Below, one piece after another: positions 1 through 11,521 of a stretch of DNA of 64,000 nucleotides; within the stretch, counting starts at the first letter, position 1, and each line of letters opens with the position of its first letter. The position numbers were made by a program, and so were the translations under genes. This stretch comes from Clytia hemisphaerica (Eukaryota), in the NCBI RefSeq assembly GCF_902728285.1, contig NW_027103826.1, positions 244,759-308,758 on the forward strand. Direction: 5' to 3'. The notes below the pieces were generated by a model. It was not told the origin of the DNA and ran no database searches. It worked only from the letters and a program-made list of their open reading frames with translations.

Positions 1-464
1 TTTCAAAGTCCGGAAATTACGTCACCATTCATTGTAGCTCTGATGCCAATCCAGTTCTCATGATCCTGAACCTCTCATTAAGTGTCTTGTTTATGATTTG
101 CTGCACCGTATTAGCCTTCAAGACGCGTCGTTTCCCGAAGAATTACAACGAGGCTAAATACATCGGTCTCACTTTGTATATAACCTGCGTCGTATGGTCA
201 CTTTTCCTACCAATCTTCTTCCTAACGCGTTCGGTCGATTATGATTTCCTTCGTGAATACCTAATGTGTATCGTATGTATTTTGATCGGTTTTGTCACGC
301 TTTTCGGAATGTTTGGACCAAAGATCATTATGATATATCATGCGCCGCCACAGGGATCGAGCCAAGGAAGCCTCCCGACATGGTATATAACAAATTCAAG
401 AGACGAAACAGAACATGACCGTGAAAATACCGCTTTCACAACCATAACACCTGAGCGATCTTAA
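1..464 (+). CDS. Class C (metabotropic glutamate receptor-like) GPCR, 3' terminal coding exon. It is partial, because the exon begins upstream of the window; the frame starts at nt 3 and the TAA stop is at 462-464.
   Basis: The translation reads ...IHCSSDANPVLMILNLSLSVLFMICCTVLAFKTRRFPKNYNEAKYIGLTLYITCVVWSLFLPIFFLTRSVDYDFLREYLMCIVCILIGFVTLFGMFGPKIIMIYHAP... This matches the TM5-ICL3-TM6-TM7 signature of mGluR/class C receptors (KTRxxPxNFNEAKxIxFTMYTTCIIWLAFxPIxF ... PK). The open frame is continuous from position 3 to the stop. Confidence 0.75.
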   Translation, partial: SKSGNYVTIHCSSDANPVLMILNLSLSVLFMICCTVLAFKTRRFPKNYNEAKYIGLTLYITCVVWSLFLPIFFLTRSVDYDFLREYLMCIVCILIGFVTLFGMFGPKIIMIYHAPPQGSSQGSLPTWYITNSRDETEHDRENTAFTTITPERS

Positions 465-959
465 TGATATCACATATCACCATAAGATGGGGCTTGGTGT
501 AAAGACAATGAAACAATGACACTAATCATTATTCCCTTGGCAACATTTTGTGTACGTCCATTTAACATTACCATGTGGTCGTTGAGTTGATGTGTTATGC
601 AGGCAGGGATAGCTCTGAGTATTCTGTAAAACATTTTCAAGCGTTACAGTGGCATGTCCAAAGTAAAAGTGAAGCAGTTCCATTCACTTTCGGATTATCA
701 AACATAACCGTGAAAGAAGCGCCTTAAAATGTAGATCAACTTGATAGCTGTATGAAGTTTATGACGTCATAAACATCACGTAACATTACATAATAAAACT
801 CAAAATATATTAGTTATGAATAAAGTACATAAATTACCCGAAAAATTAGAAAATGGCAAGGCCAAGACCTGTGAAAGAAACTCAAAATTGGTCGTAAACT
901 AAAAGTCATATAAACATCAAATTCTGACCAGATTATTATAGATATATTGCGTCGTTATG

Positions 960-1332
960 CATAAGATTCCCTTTCCTGCACTAAGATTCCTTTGCCACTT
1001 TTCTACCGCAAGAAAACAAGAACTCCGGGTAGTTGAAAAATGAGCTTGCTTCAGAAATTAGGCTGTTTCGTAAGGGAACAGAAGACTTTCCGTACCTTTA
1101 TAAGAAAACCCACTCCAATCTCATGCTAGCCCGGGGTCACTTATAGCTTTTTGATAGACTGGATGGCGCTAATAAGTTACTTCACTGGACTCAGCGCCAT
1201 CCAAAATCATCAGAGAGCAAAGTTCAGTCGGAAGCAGACTTGTCTAATCTCATGCCGGCTATCCCAGGAAAAATAGCGGAAAAATTCCGGAAAAGTTAAG
1301 AGAATCTTAGTGCGGGAAAGGGATTCTTATGC
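960..1332. mobile_element. MITE with roughly 30-bp TIRs (GCATAAGATTCCCTTTCCTGCACTAAGATTC)
   Basis: 962-992 is the reverse complement of 1300-1331. There is an internal hairpin at 1152-1210. Confidence 0.55.
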
Positions 1333-2512
1333 AAAACGGTGGAACATGTGGGGGCGGGAACGTTATTGTGAGGAATAATTTATTTACATGAGTTTGAAAT
1401 GAGAATATATGTATATTTTATCTTTTAATTATTACCATTTGTGAATTCATCAAATCAACCTTCTTCAACCCTCTATTCTGACTTTTAGAAAATGGAACTT
1501 CTCCAAAAATTTAGTAAATACAGATAAGATTCGTGTTGTTTTCCAGTTTAGTTTTTTTTGAGAAATTTCAGTGGTAAACTTAGCCTGGAAACCTTGTGAC
1601 GAAAATATTGACTTTCATGACCTAAGGGCTAGACTCGAGACTCCTGGATGGGAAATGAAGCCACTCAAGTGGCCCATCCGCCCCAGAGAAATCTCAGCAA
1701 AACAATTTTTGTCCCCATTACGTAACTTTGCGTAACTTTACAATGAAAAAGTTTTCAGCAACTGTTTCTCACTGTTGATGAATTTTTTGAAACATTTTTT
1801 GTTTCAGAAATCGATTTGTATATGTTTTCTTTCCTTCATTTGAGGTGGGGCCACCACTAGCAACTTTTTCAAAGTAAAACTTTTTGCGTGTTGCAAATGT
1901 TTTTATTTGATGAAAATTATTCAAGTAAATTAACTGTGCCATTTTATAACTTCGCGATAGGAGTGTGTAGGTGTAACCTGACTCTCTCTGCAGTATCTAT
2001 AGCGTTTATCTAATTATCATAAACAATTATGAACTCCTGAAAATTTATTCAGGAAACAAAAGAGAAATCAAAAAAAAAAGAAACAAAAAAAACATTTTAT
2101 TTTTCTAGAACACACGGTGTGAAAAATAACTTAGATTCATCGTACAAATTTGCCATGGAAACGAGACAAGAAAATATCACAAGACAACTCCAGAGAATAA
2201 AAGACTCGAAGAGCCTATAATATAAATTGTAGAAAAATTAAAAATATATATTCAGATACATTTGATTCAACCAGCTTATTGCAAAAAAAAGCATAACAAT
2301 TTATCATTGAAATATAATGTGGTGATTTTTTTTATGGACGGAAAATAAATACCTGGAAGAAAGATTTTGAAGCACTTAAAAGGCAAAGGAATAAACGGAA
2401 AAAAAGCAAAGTCATTCCTAACTTTAAAGAAAAGAAGATAGAGTATCCTTGAAATTGAAAGGAAAAACGATTCGTGTAAATATCTTGTAATTTATCTCCA
2501 ATTCCAACTAAG

Positions 2513-2962
2513 ATGCCAATTACTCCTGAAGACTTTATCTGTTATCTAAGTATTCTTAGCGATGAGATTAATCTTAAAGTTGGAATCCCACAACACTTCA
2601 AGGGCGGAATCATCACAGGTACATCAGCTACAGTGGGCGGCTTTTGTGGCGGACCTTTGGGAGTCTTAATGGGCGGTGCTTTCGGAGGAACGTTAGCTGC
2701 AATCAGTTGTAAGGACCAACAAAAATATGTTAAAGATGTTTTACTAACATTGAAACGAGATGAAAGATATTGTATTTATGAATATTTCAAGACAAACTTA
2801 CTGGAACACGAATTTGGAAAATGTAAGAGTTATTCCGAATTGAGCTCTCGATTAGAACGAGATTTGGATTTGAAACATGACGTCATTCGAGTTTTAAAAG
2901 AGTTTGTTGTTGGTCAATGGAAAGTGCAGATCATCGATGAACGTTTGGGAAATCATAAATAA
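2513..2962 (+). CDS. C19orf12-like glycine-zipper membrane protein (149 aa), apparently a single exon.
   Basis: ATG-to-TAA ORF. The segment KGGIITGTSATVGGFCGGPLGVLMGGAFGGTLAAIS matches the C19orf12 glycine-zipper core ([34 protein letters not shown], recalled from memory). The overall length is similar to C19orf12, about 150 aa. An AATAAA overlaps the stop codon. Confidence 0.6.
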   Translation: MPITPEDFICYLSILSDEINLKVGIPQHFKGGIITGTSATVGGFCGGPLGVLMGGAFGGTLAAISCKDQQKYVKDVLLTLKRDERYCIYEYFKTNLLEHEFGKCKSYSELSSRLERDLDLKHDVIRVLKEFVVGQWKVQIIDERLGNHK

Positions 2963-3039
2963 ACAAATCAAAGTGTGTCTCAATACAGGGCCATTCCATT
3001 TTATATCCATACAGAAGGATTAAGCTTTTCCTTGGGCTA

Positions 3040-3250
3040 ATCTGAAGAAGAATTTCCAGGGGGGTCTAACAAAAGTTTTTTTTCTTCTAACGGTTAAAAC
3101 ATTATTTTAAAAGTTCCAGGGATAAAAAATGGTTTTAGTTTACCCTATCTCAATTTTAAGGTACGAAAAAGAATTTTTCTAAGGAATTTTCTGTAAATTT
3201 TGCCATTTTCCAGGGGGTATATTCACCACCACCCCTGTATGGATTTTAAA
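3040..3250. repeat. Dispersed repeat family with TTCCAGGGGG motifs
   Basis: Related copies at 4880-5130 and 53390-53600 share ttccagggggt, ccctgtatgga(a/t)tttta(a/t)(a/t)tggaacaa(c/g)ccaat, and similar blocks. Confidence 0.5.
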
Positions 3251-5659
3251 TGGAACAACCCAATTTACAGCGGAAACACAAAACGGCTGTAAAATTTGAT
3301 AGACTACGACGACTATTCCACTTCCGAATACCGCTATATTAGTTGAATTATATCATAAGTTACAGTATGATAAGTAATAGATGATTCAATCAAGATCAGA
3401 GCTTTCATAAGATGCTCTCGATTCTAAAAATGAAACTTGAAGTCTATCACGATTTAAATTTTGATATTTTCTTACACCCCTTCTCAATCTCACCAGTCCA
3501 GTAAGATTTTTTAAAACAACTGACCAAAACTCGATGGGGATTGATATTTTTTATGGCTGGGAACTTAAATTCCATTGTTTTCGAGTCACAAAACTCAGTG
3601 GGGATAGAAAAAAAAGCACAATATTTTGCAGTGAGGATTCGCTCTTCTGATTATTTTCTTCAGAGATAAAAGTTAAAAGTATACTTTTCTATCGGACAAT
3701 ATTTTGGTCAATTTTTCAGGGGTCCCAGTGGGTCTGTGAGAAGGGGGTGCAGTTTTCTTGTACACATTTCAAAAGATACAGCATTTTTCTGTCTCCAATT
3801 CAGATTTGTTTGAGACCGACTTTAAGTAATCTGTTTGACATTTATGGAACGACCCCCTGATAACCTGGAGTCTTTCCCATAAACATGTTTTTATTGACTG
3901 TTTCTTTTACTAACTGGAATTGAATATTGATAAGAGTCAACTTGCTACTTTTTTCTGGACAAACTGAAACCAAGGAAATAAAAGCACGGAGGGCTAGAAG
4001 TTAATCTCTTAGACAGGATTTGAAGCCATTGAATCCTACCAAAGTTGCGCGGCCTAGTGGATTTCACACAACTTACGGATTAAAAGTAAAATTTACCGCC
4101 AGATTTTCTAAAATGTACCACTCGAAAACAAAGAAATCGCTAGATTCAATCTATCATAAAAAATACGGTGCACATTTTAAAGGCTTCACTTTTTCCTGCC
4201 TGAGAAAGGTTAAAGATTCGCTTCTTGTCCTTTGGGCTTCTATTTCATTAACTACAATTATGGTATTTGATGACGAATATACAGTAAAAAGTTTTTGTTT
4301 CAATATCATCAATATCACCAGCATCATACTGGAATTGAAATAATTGAACAAAAAACTAAAATGAAAGATTTTATGTCTACGAAGCATTCTGGTTACACGC
4401 TTTTATATAAGAACGCCCAAAATCTTGAAGCCTTCAAATGTAACTTTTCGATTTTAGGCCTAAATTTGTACTTAAAATTGTTCTTATTTTTCAACATTTT
4501 GTAAGTATTTTTGTGCAATTTCTTAAGAAATTGGGTGTTTTAGAGTCCGCAGTCTTAAAATGTTCTTAACTTGTTCTTAATATTTTGGTCATCGAAGCCT
4601 TATGTTCGTATAATCATATCATACCTAGACTCATACTAAAATGAGAGCTTAAGAAGCATGGTGTACCGACTTCAACGTTGGTAAATCAAAGGCTAGACTA
4701 TAATAATTAAACTTGAGCTTTCCTAGTAAATTTAAAACCCTTGTAAATAGAAATTTTACATTATCTAACCTAGAGACTTTATATCATAGATTATAACTTT
4801 CCATTTCTGCTAAAGCAGGTAACATTTCTTCCCACCCTCCATTTCATAACCATACAACAGGGGGGGGGGGTAGACGAACATTTCCAAGGGGGCCAAAGAA
4901 ACGTTTCTCATTTTTCCAGGGTGTTAAACATAACTTTTAAGAATTCCAGGGGGTAAAAGATTGATTTTAGTTTGTCCACCCTCACTTTACGGCAAGAAAA
5001 GAGAATTTTTTCCAAGGATCCTTTTGCAATTTTTCCATTTTGCAGACATTTCCAAGAAATTTGTTTTGACTTGAAAAGGTTGGCCCACCCCCTGTATGGA
5101 AATTTTATGGAACAGCCCAATGTACCCTGGACATTAAACCAAACCGTAGAGTTCAGAGTACCTTAATCTAATTAATTTTCGCCTGGGTATTCGTACACTC
5201 TTTAATTTTCGGGTATATTTGAGTGTTTTTTTTATGAAAAAATAGGTAAAAGGTAAATAAGACAAAAAAAAGCAAAAAAAACAAAAAATTTACTAGCTCC
5301 CATACTAGCATACTAGCTAGATCTTGCGTGCCAGAGGTCTATTTAACCTAATTAAAAAAGTCATTTCTTAAAAAGAGTGGTAAGATGAGATTTCTACACA
5401 TTTATTACAATTACAAATTCGCGTACGATTGATTTTTTTGCGCAGCCTATTAGTGCACGAAAATTAATGTGATTAATGTATATAGAAATTAACGACGCTA
5501 TTATCATTTAGTGAGCGCATGGCATTAAATTAATATTTTAAAAAATTGAAATCATATGTACATATTAAACACGCAATTCTATTTACATTATCATTAAACA
5601 ATATTGTAAAATTGAAATAGAAAAACTGGCATTACGGACAGTTTAAAAGGTTTTGTTTT

Positions 5660-5880
5660 TGAATAAGAGTAATATCGTTTGATTACTCGTCAATTTTAAT
5701 TCACAAGCTTTTTCCCATTGGATTGACACGAATGTAGAGCAAGATTGGTCAAAAAGAGGAAAAAATGAACATTTTTTGCTTATATCAGCATAAAATAACA
5801 ATAAGCAGACACTGTCCTGATATGAAATATGTGTCTGATATGAAATATGTGTCTGATATGAAACGGGAACACTTAGGTAA
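5660..5880. repeat. Dispersed repeat family. A second copy is at 37660-38200 and has a roughly 330-bp internal insertion.
   Basis: Shared blocks are aataagagt(a/g)ata(t/c)cgtttg...caagctttttc(c/a)cattg(g/a)attgacacg(a/g)atgt(a/g)gagcaagattggtca ... cagacactgtcctgatatgaaa(t/c)atgtgtctgat. Confidence 0.6.
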
Positions 5881-6776
5881 AAACAAAACCTTCAAAGTAA
5901 AGCCAATTATAAATCGTTAGCTCTGATTTTTAACTAAGATGCATCATTTACAAGTGTCTTACCCAGAATGCTTTTAAATTATATCTTAATAAATGAATCA
6001 CAGATATCTTATATAAAACACTAGAGAGAGCTACTCTGTCCATAATAATAAACTCAGAGCAAACAAGTGAAAATAAAGTAATTTTGTGAAATATAAATCC
6101 AATATTCAAAATATAAAAGAAAAATACCTTGGACTTTAGAAATCCCTGATTCAATACTTTTTTTTACGTTTTTGTTTTTGCAGATTCGTCTTCTTCACCA
6201 AACGTCTGTGTCATAACATTACGTAATTTTGCTGCTCGAACCGTCGCTTCTTCAGGAGGTTCTCTCTGTTGTGAAAGAAACGAAATGGCTGTGCTGTTAC
6301 TGTTACCGTATAACTTCGAATAAACGCTTCTCCTGAAAACCAAAAAAATCAATAAAACGCACGGGCCGTTTAATTCGAAGTAATACAGAGTAATACGGTA
6401 TATTTAGACCATGTTCAGACGTTACGGTTCCGTTCCGAAACGAAAGGAATCAGTTCCGAAACGAAAGGAATCGGTTCTGAAACAAGTATGAACGTCAAAA
6501 TTCGAAACGTCGAAAAAGAAGACAAAGCAAACTATATCGAAAAGATTTCGCTCCACTTTTTTCATCGGAACGGAACTGCTCCGTTTTCTTACTTCGAAGC
6601 GGTCCGAAACCAATATGAACACACTCTATCCGTAACCAAAATCATACCGGAGCGAAACGGAACAGTAACGTGTAAGGTCTTAAACCCGCACTGTGCACAG
6701 AACCAGCGGGGTCTGGACAGCGCTATACATTCCTACTTGAAAAATGAGATATCCCTATTTCGTAAGTACTCTTAGG

Positions 6777-7045
6777 TTCCAAATAAACGGGAGTGGGGGG
6801 ATTTTCGAGATTTTAATAAGCGGTGGGGGGGGGGACCTAATTGCCAGGGGGGGTTGGAAATTGTACTTCTGAAAACCCAAAATAAGGTTTTAGAGCAAAA
6901 TAAGGGACCTTCTCTTTGAAAGCTGAAAACATTCTTAAAAATTAATAAACGGGGGGGGGAGGTGGTCCTAATAAGGGCCGGAGGTTGAAAGATTTTCAAA
7001 AAAAATTAACAAGCGGGGGACCCGTTTATTTGGAACCTAAGAGTA
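6777..7045. mobile_element. MITE of the ACTCTTAGGTTCCAAATAAACGGG TIR family, with internal AATAAGCGGGGGG motifs
   Basis: The TIR at 6777-6801 is matched at 7021-7045. Family members are at 9704-10084 (TIR TACTCTTGTCTCCCGAATAGACG) and 23330-23605 (TIR ACTCTTGGGTACCTAATAGCCGG). Confidence 0.55.
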
Positions 7046-7114
7046 GTGAGACCCATTCCCCGATGGGGAGGTCTCTCATAATCATCACAAAAAAAGAAGA
7101 AGATATACACAAAT

Positions 7115-7305
7115 TTCTTATTAGCAGATCATGAAAAAATATTCACGTTACAGCGTGGAGTAAAGCTCTGATTGGCTGAAAATTGTACACATAAACATTC
7201 CTTTTTCGAAATGTTCAAAGTATGACGTAATCTTTTCATGTCTCATCCAATCAAGCTTCAATCGACGTTTTTTCGTGACTTATATGAATCTGCTGATAGG
7301 AAATT
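7115..7305. mobile_element. MITE of the TTCTTATTAGCAGATCATG TIR family. A second copy is at 7546-7741.
   Basis: Both copies begin with CCTATTAGCAGAT(T)CATG and end with CATGAATC(T/C)GCT(G/A)ATAGGAAAT. They share an internal CCAATCAGAG...CGACGTTTTTCGTGACTT segment. Confidence 0.5.
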
Positions 7306-9378
7306 CGTGTATTTTCATACGGAAAACGTGTAAAAAATTGAAGAATCCAACTTACGTGATCAGGCGGTCTTAATAATTCACTGAGCATTCGAACTTCTTT
7401 AGGATTCGATAACAATGCACCAGAACGTCTGAAAATGCAAGATTAATAAAAATTTGAAAATAAACTTTTTCCAGATAATATTGTGTACAGAGGCGTTTTA
7501 AAGGACGAAATTTTGGCGGAAAGTAAATTTGGCGGAATACACCTATTTCCTATTAGCAGATTCATGCAAAAGTCACGAAAAAACGTCGAGTAAACAAACT
7601 TTTGATTGGCGGAGGCATGCAAAGATTACCTCATACTCAGGACATTTGGAAAAATATGCTTGTATATGCAATATTTCAGCCAATCAGAGACTTTCTCGAC
7701 GTTTTTCGTGACTTTTTTACATGAATCCGCTAATAGGAAATACGTGTATTAAGTTCACAACAAAATTTATTGTTGCGCCATTCACCAAATTAAATTTCCG
7801 CCAAAATTAATTTTTCATAATATTCACAAAATCCTAATATTTAGTTACGATTTTTGGTAAAAAATATCCTGCATCTAGCCGCCCACCCAACCCCCTCCAA
7901 AATTTCTTTATTTGGTCATCCACAAAATCAAATTCCCGCCAAAGTTTCTTCCTTTAAGGTATATCATTGTTTTGAAAACTAACTTAGGACATGCAGATTT
8001 TTAGTCACTTAGATGACCATTCACCCCAAACAAGCATTATTCAAGACCATTTAGAACTCTACTAGATCAAGCAACTGATCAAAATTCAATTACAACAGAT
8101 GGTCTTTGCAATAGTGCTTTGTTGAGAAAATGATTTTCTCATAAAATTTCCTAGTTTTTTTGGTGATATGGTTATCGGTGAGAAGTATTTTGCGGTTCTG
8201 ATCAACTTTTTCAGCTTTCTAGGCGATTTTATATCCTAGATACCAAAAATATCCCAAAAAAGTTTAAAAAGGTATCACATAATGAAGGCTCATTTAAAAT
8301 TGGAGAAAGTCTTATGTAACATTTTTTCAGGAAAATTCTAGTGAATTCATCAGCATGATCTAGAAGGAAAAAAGATAGAGATTTTCTTACATTTTGTACT
8401 TCAACACATCCAGTGCACGTTTTTGTGAAAACTTTCTTCGCTCACAAGCATTTTTTATAAGTTGCCTGTGAAATAGAATAATAAAATGATTCGATTTAGT
8501 GCAAAAATACATTCAAGCCGGTTGTTTAATGTCCTACAGTATGCTATCCACACCTCTGTCTCACAGCCCAGACCCCGGTAGAAGTTTTCCACTTACGTGT
8601 CAAACTCGTGTCGATCATCATCCCATTTTCGTTTGGCTGCTTCAATGATATCTTCATATGTTTCACTGTCTGGTGTTTATTTGTCAATGCAATAGAATAG
8701 TCAAGGAAAGACTGTTTCTCACTGTGGTAGCTTTATTTTGGTGACCCTACTGAGCTTTAGTATAGGCCCTAGAGGCAGTTTCTTAATCCTCGTCAACCAA
8801 AATTCTTTGATTGGAGTGTTTTTGAAAGTGGTACCCTAATGGCAGCACTACTCTATAGCGGTGTAAATACATCGACAGCATCACTAGATCAACTTTTTCT
8901 CGAATATCTTTGATTCCCAAATTCTAAGGCTTTCTTACCTACCTACTAGCTAAAAACTGGACACTTTTAATTATCGGAGAAGTCTCACACGCCTCGACCT
9001 TTACCGTATATACCCTGGACCAATTTTCTCAATCCCGGCAAAGCAAAATCTTTGACCGTAGTTTTTTGAAAAAAGGTATCTAATGGCGGCACTACTCAAT
9101 AGTGTGTAAATGCATCGAAAGCGCTAGATCTACTTTCCCTTGAAAACTTTTGATGATGTAGCGCCGTTAGACGTTAATTTTAACAGTGCAAAGGCTTCTT
9201 TACGGGTACCAATTCAAAAAGAATTTCGATCAAAGATGGCAGATATAGCTTGATCCAGGGATATATAAAGGTCGGTGGCCTGATGGCAGACTGCCTGATG
9301 GAGTGCATTGGATCTGCCATGGAGATAAAGTTAGATGATATAAGTGATCAAATCGAATAAGTGAGTTGACTATCTATA

Positions 9379-9552
9379 TCAATGAAAAGGATATGGAGGT
9401 AGCTTGTCTATTTCCGTTCGTTGCACCAGTACAGAAGTACCAACATCTTGTAGCAGGTTATTTGAACTCAGGTAATATGATACCAGTGGACTTCGTCCGT
9501 TCATGTTGAAGACAACTTTATTGAAACTCGCTCCAGGTCCCACCTCACATGA
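9379..9552 (-). CDS. Candidate terminal exon of an unidentified minus-strand gene (SCEVGPGASFNKVVFNMNGRSPLVSYYLSSNNLLQDVGTSVLVQRTEIDKLPPYPFH*).
   Basis: A strong acceptor, tttttcag|, is followed by a 57-codon open frame ending in TGA. No upstream exons were found, and the family is not recognised. Confidence 0.25.
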   Translation of the reverse strand, partial: SCEVGPGASFNKVVFNMNGRSPLVSYYLSSNNLLQDVGTSVLVQRTEIDKLPPYPFH

Positions 9553-10837
9553 CTGAAAAAAGAGAGAGAGTAGTAGCAAAACATTGATACACAAAGAGCT
9601 AATGAAAACATATAGCTGTAAGAATTTCCAAAGGTTTTGCAGACTATAGATATGCGATTTCTTAGGAAACACCAAAATCAAAATAAGAAAGATCATGGTG
9701 GCCAACCATACTCTTGTCTCCCGAATAGACGTCCCCCCCCGCTAATTGTTAAGAGCAAAAAAAAGCCACCCCCCTGCTCTTATTAAGACCCCCCTGCTAA
9801 TTAAATTTGAATAATTAATTTTTTTATTACAGTGTAGATAGACCTTAAACTTGTTAAAATTTTCCTTTTTGTTAGTATTGGTTCTTATTTTACGTGTTCA
9901 TTTGTTAAAGTTTCACTTTTGTTGTCGAAATTGATATCAGTTAAAAAAATTATGTCTTCAAATTACCCCCCCCCCCCCCCTCTTATTCCATCCACCCCGC
10001 TTATTAGAATTTAGAAAATTTTCCTACCCCCTGCTTATTCGGACCCCCCCCCCCGTCTATTCGGGAGACAAGAGTATTTTAGGACCCATTTCAAGGGTTT
10101 CAAGGGTCATTTTGCATCAATTTTCAAGTGTTTCAAGGAAATTTTTAAGGGTACAAAAAAAAAGGCGTTTTCATGGATGTTTCAAGGGTTTCAAGGATTT
10201 CAAGGGTCGCTGGCCACCATGAAGATACGGTTAACTCTTGATGATTCAAACTCGAACAGTAGACCTAAATAAGTCCATTTATTTTAGCTACCAGGTGAAA
10301 AACCACCCTAAAGAGAGCCTATTTTAACAGGATATCCCCTAGATGGGAGCTAATAATTAGTTCCAAGTTCGAACTGTATGAAGAGATATCAGGATTTCAC
10401 TATATTTCAAAAAAGAATAAGACTTATAACGCTTATAACCCAAAAAATGTTAGGAATATAACAAACTTTTTAAGATTTCCTTAATGCATCAAGGATGAAC
10501 ATCAAAGAAGGGGAAACAGGGAAACAGACACTCAATCTTTAATAGGTTTTAGGAAGCAGTCGTACATGAAAAGATAAATTCAAGCCCTTGTATGGTGCTT
10601 TATAATATGTTTCGTTAAGACTAAAAGTTCAGAAAAATGTATGATACAAAAAATGAGATGGTACCTAAGAAATAAAATCGTAACAAAAGGTTTAAAAAGA
10701 TAAGATTACTAGACTGGAGTCGTTTATAATGCGTGTAATACAGTAGTATAGGCGTTATATGATAATACGATTAAAAAGATAAGATTACTAAAATTACTAA
10801 AACCTATCGTCATAACGATGGCCAGATTGGAAATAAT

Positions 10838-11521
10838 CTAAAGTTTATATAAAAGCGTGACCCCATCATCAACGCTCAACAAAGCCAAGTCAAATCGCTC
10901 ATCCTTGCCCAGTTTACGGTTCAGCGCATCAAGACAAATGGCACTCTCCTTGTAACGTGGCGTCCAGTCGCCGTGAGGGTCGAGAACGGAGCCCCGTTGG
11001 AGGACGTTATCAATAACGATGACGCCACCTTGACGTAAGAGGACGTGCGATCGATCAACGTAGTCTGAATATTCAGGCTTGTGTGCATCGATGTACACAA
11101 AATCAAAAGTTCCTGACTGGCCATCTTTAATTAGTTGATCCATCGTGTTTAAAGCTGGTCCGATCTTGATTTTGATTTTGTCTCGGACACCGGCTTTTTC
11201 GAAGAACGGGTATCCATGTTTGACGTAGTCCTCATTGATATCCAGAGCTATAACTTCACCGTCGTCCGGAATTGTTATAGCGCAGTTCAAAGCGTTGTAC
11301 CCAGTGAATGTTCCGACCTCCAAACATTTCTTACACCGGCTCATTTTTAGTAAAATACGGATCAACTGACATGCGGTAATGTCGGAAATCATGACGGATC
11401 TTTCGACGTTCTTCATTGTGTATTCGCGTAATTCTTTCAAGATTTCTGGTTCACGTTGTGACGTTTCAGCGACGTATTTCTCGACCGGCGTAAGGCCGTC
11501 CTTGTAAGGATCAATAGGCAT
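10838..11521 (-). CDS. SAM-dependent O-methyltransferase of the caffeoyl-CoA OMT / COMTD1 (class I, cation-dependent) family. It is intronless, 227 aa, counted from the first in-frame ATG (MPIDPY...).
   Basis: The ORF-track entry 10838-11590 starts at a TTG. The first ATG is at 11521-11519. Family motifs in collinear order across the ORF are: REPEILKELRE, EVGTFTGY(N)AL, DDGEVIALDI, KAGVxxKIxxxxGPAL, GTFDFVYIDAHK, GGVIVIDNVLxxGSV and DALNxxLxxDxRxDxxLLxVxDGxTL. There is an in-frame stop 9 codons upstream of the TTG. Confidence 0.8.
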   Translation of the reverse strand: MPIDPYKDGLTPVEKYVAETSQREPEILKELREYTMKNVERSVMISDITACQLIRILLKMSRCKKCLEVGTFTGYNALNCAITIPDDGEVIALDINEDYVKHGYPFFEKAGVRDKIKIKIGPALNTMDQLIKDGQSGTFDFVYIDAHKPEYSDYVDRSHVLLRQGGVIVIDNVLQRGSVLDPHGDWTPRYKESAICLDALNRKLGKDERFDLALLSVDDGVTLLYKL

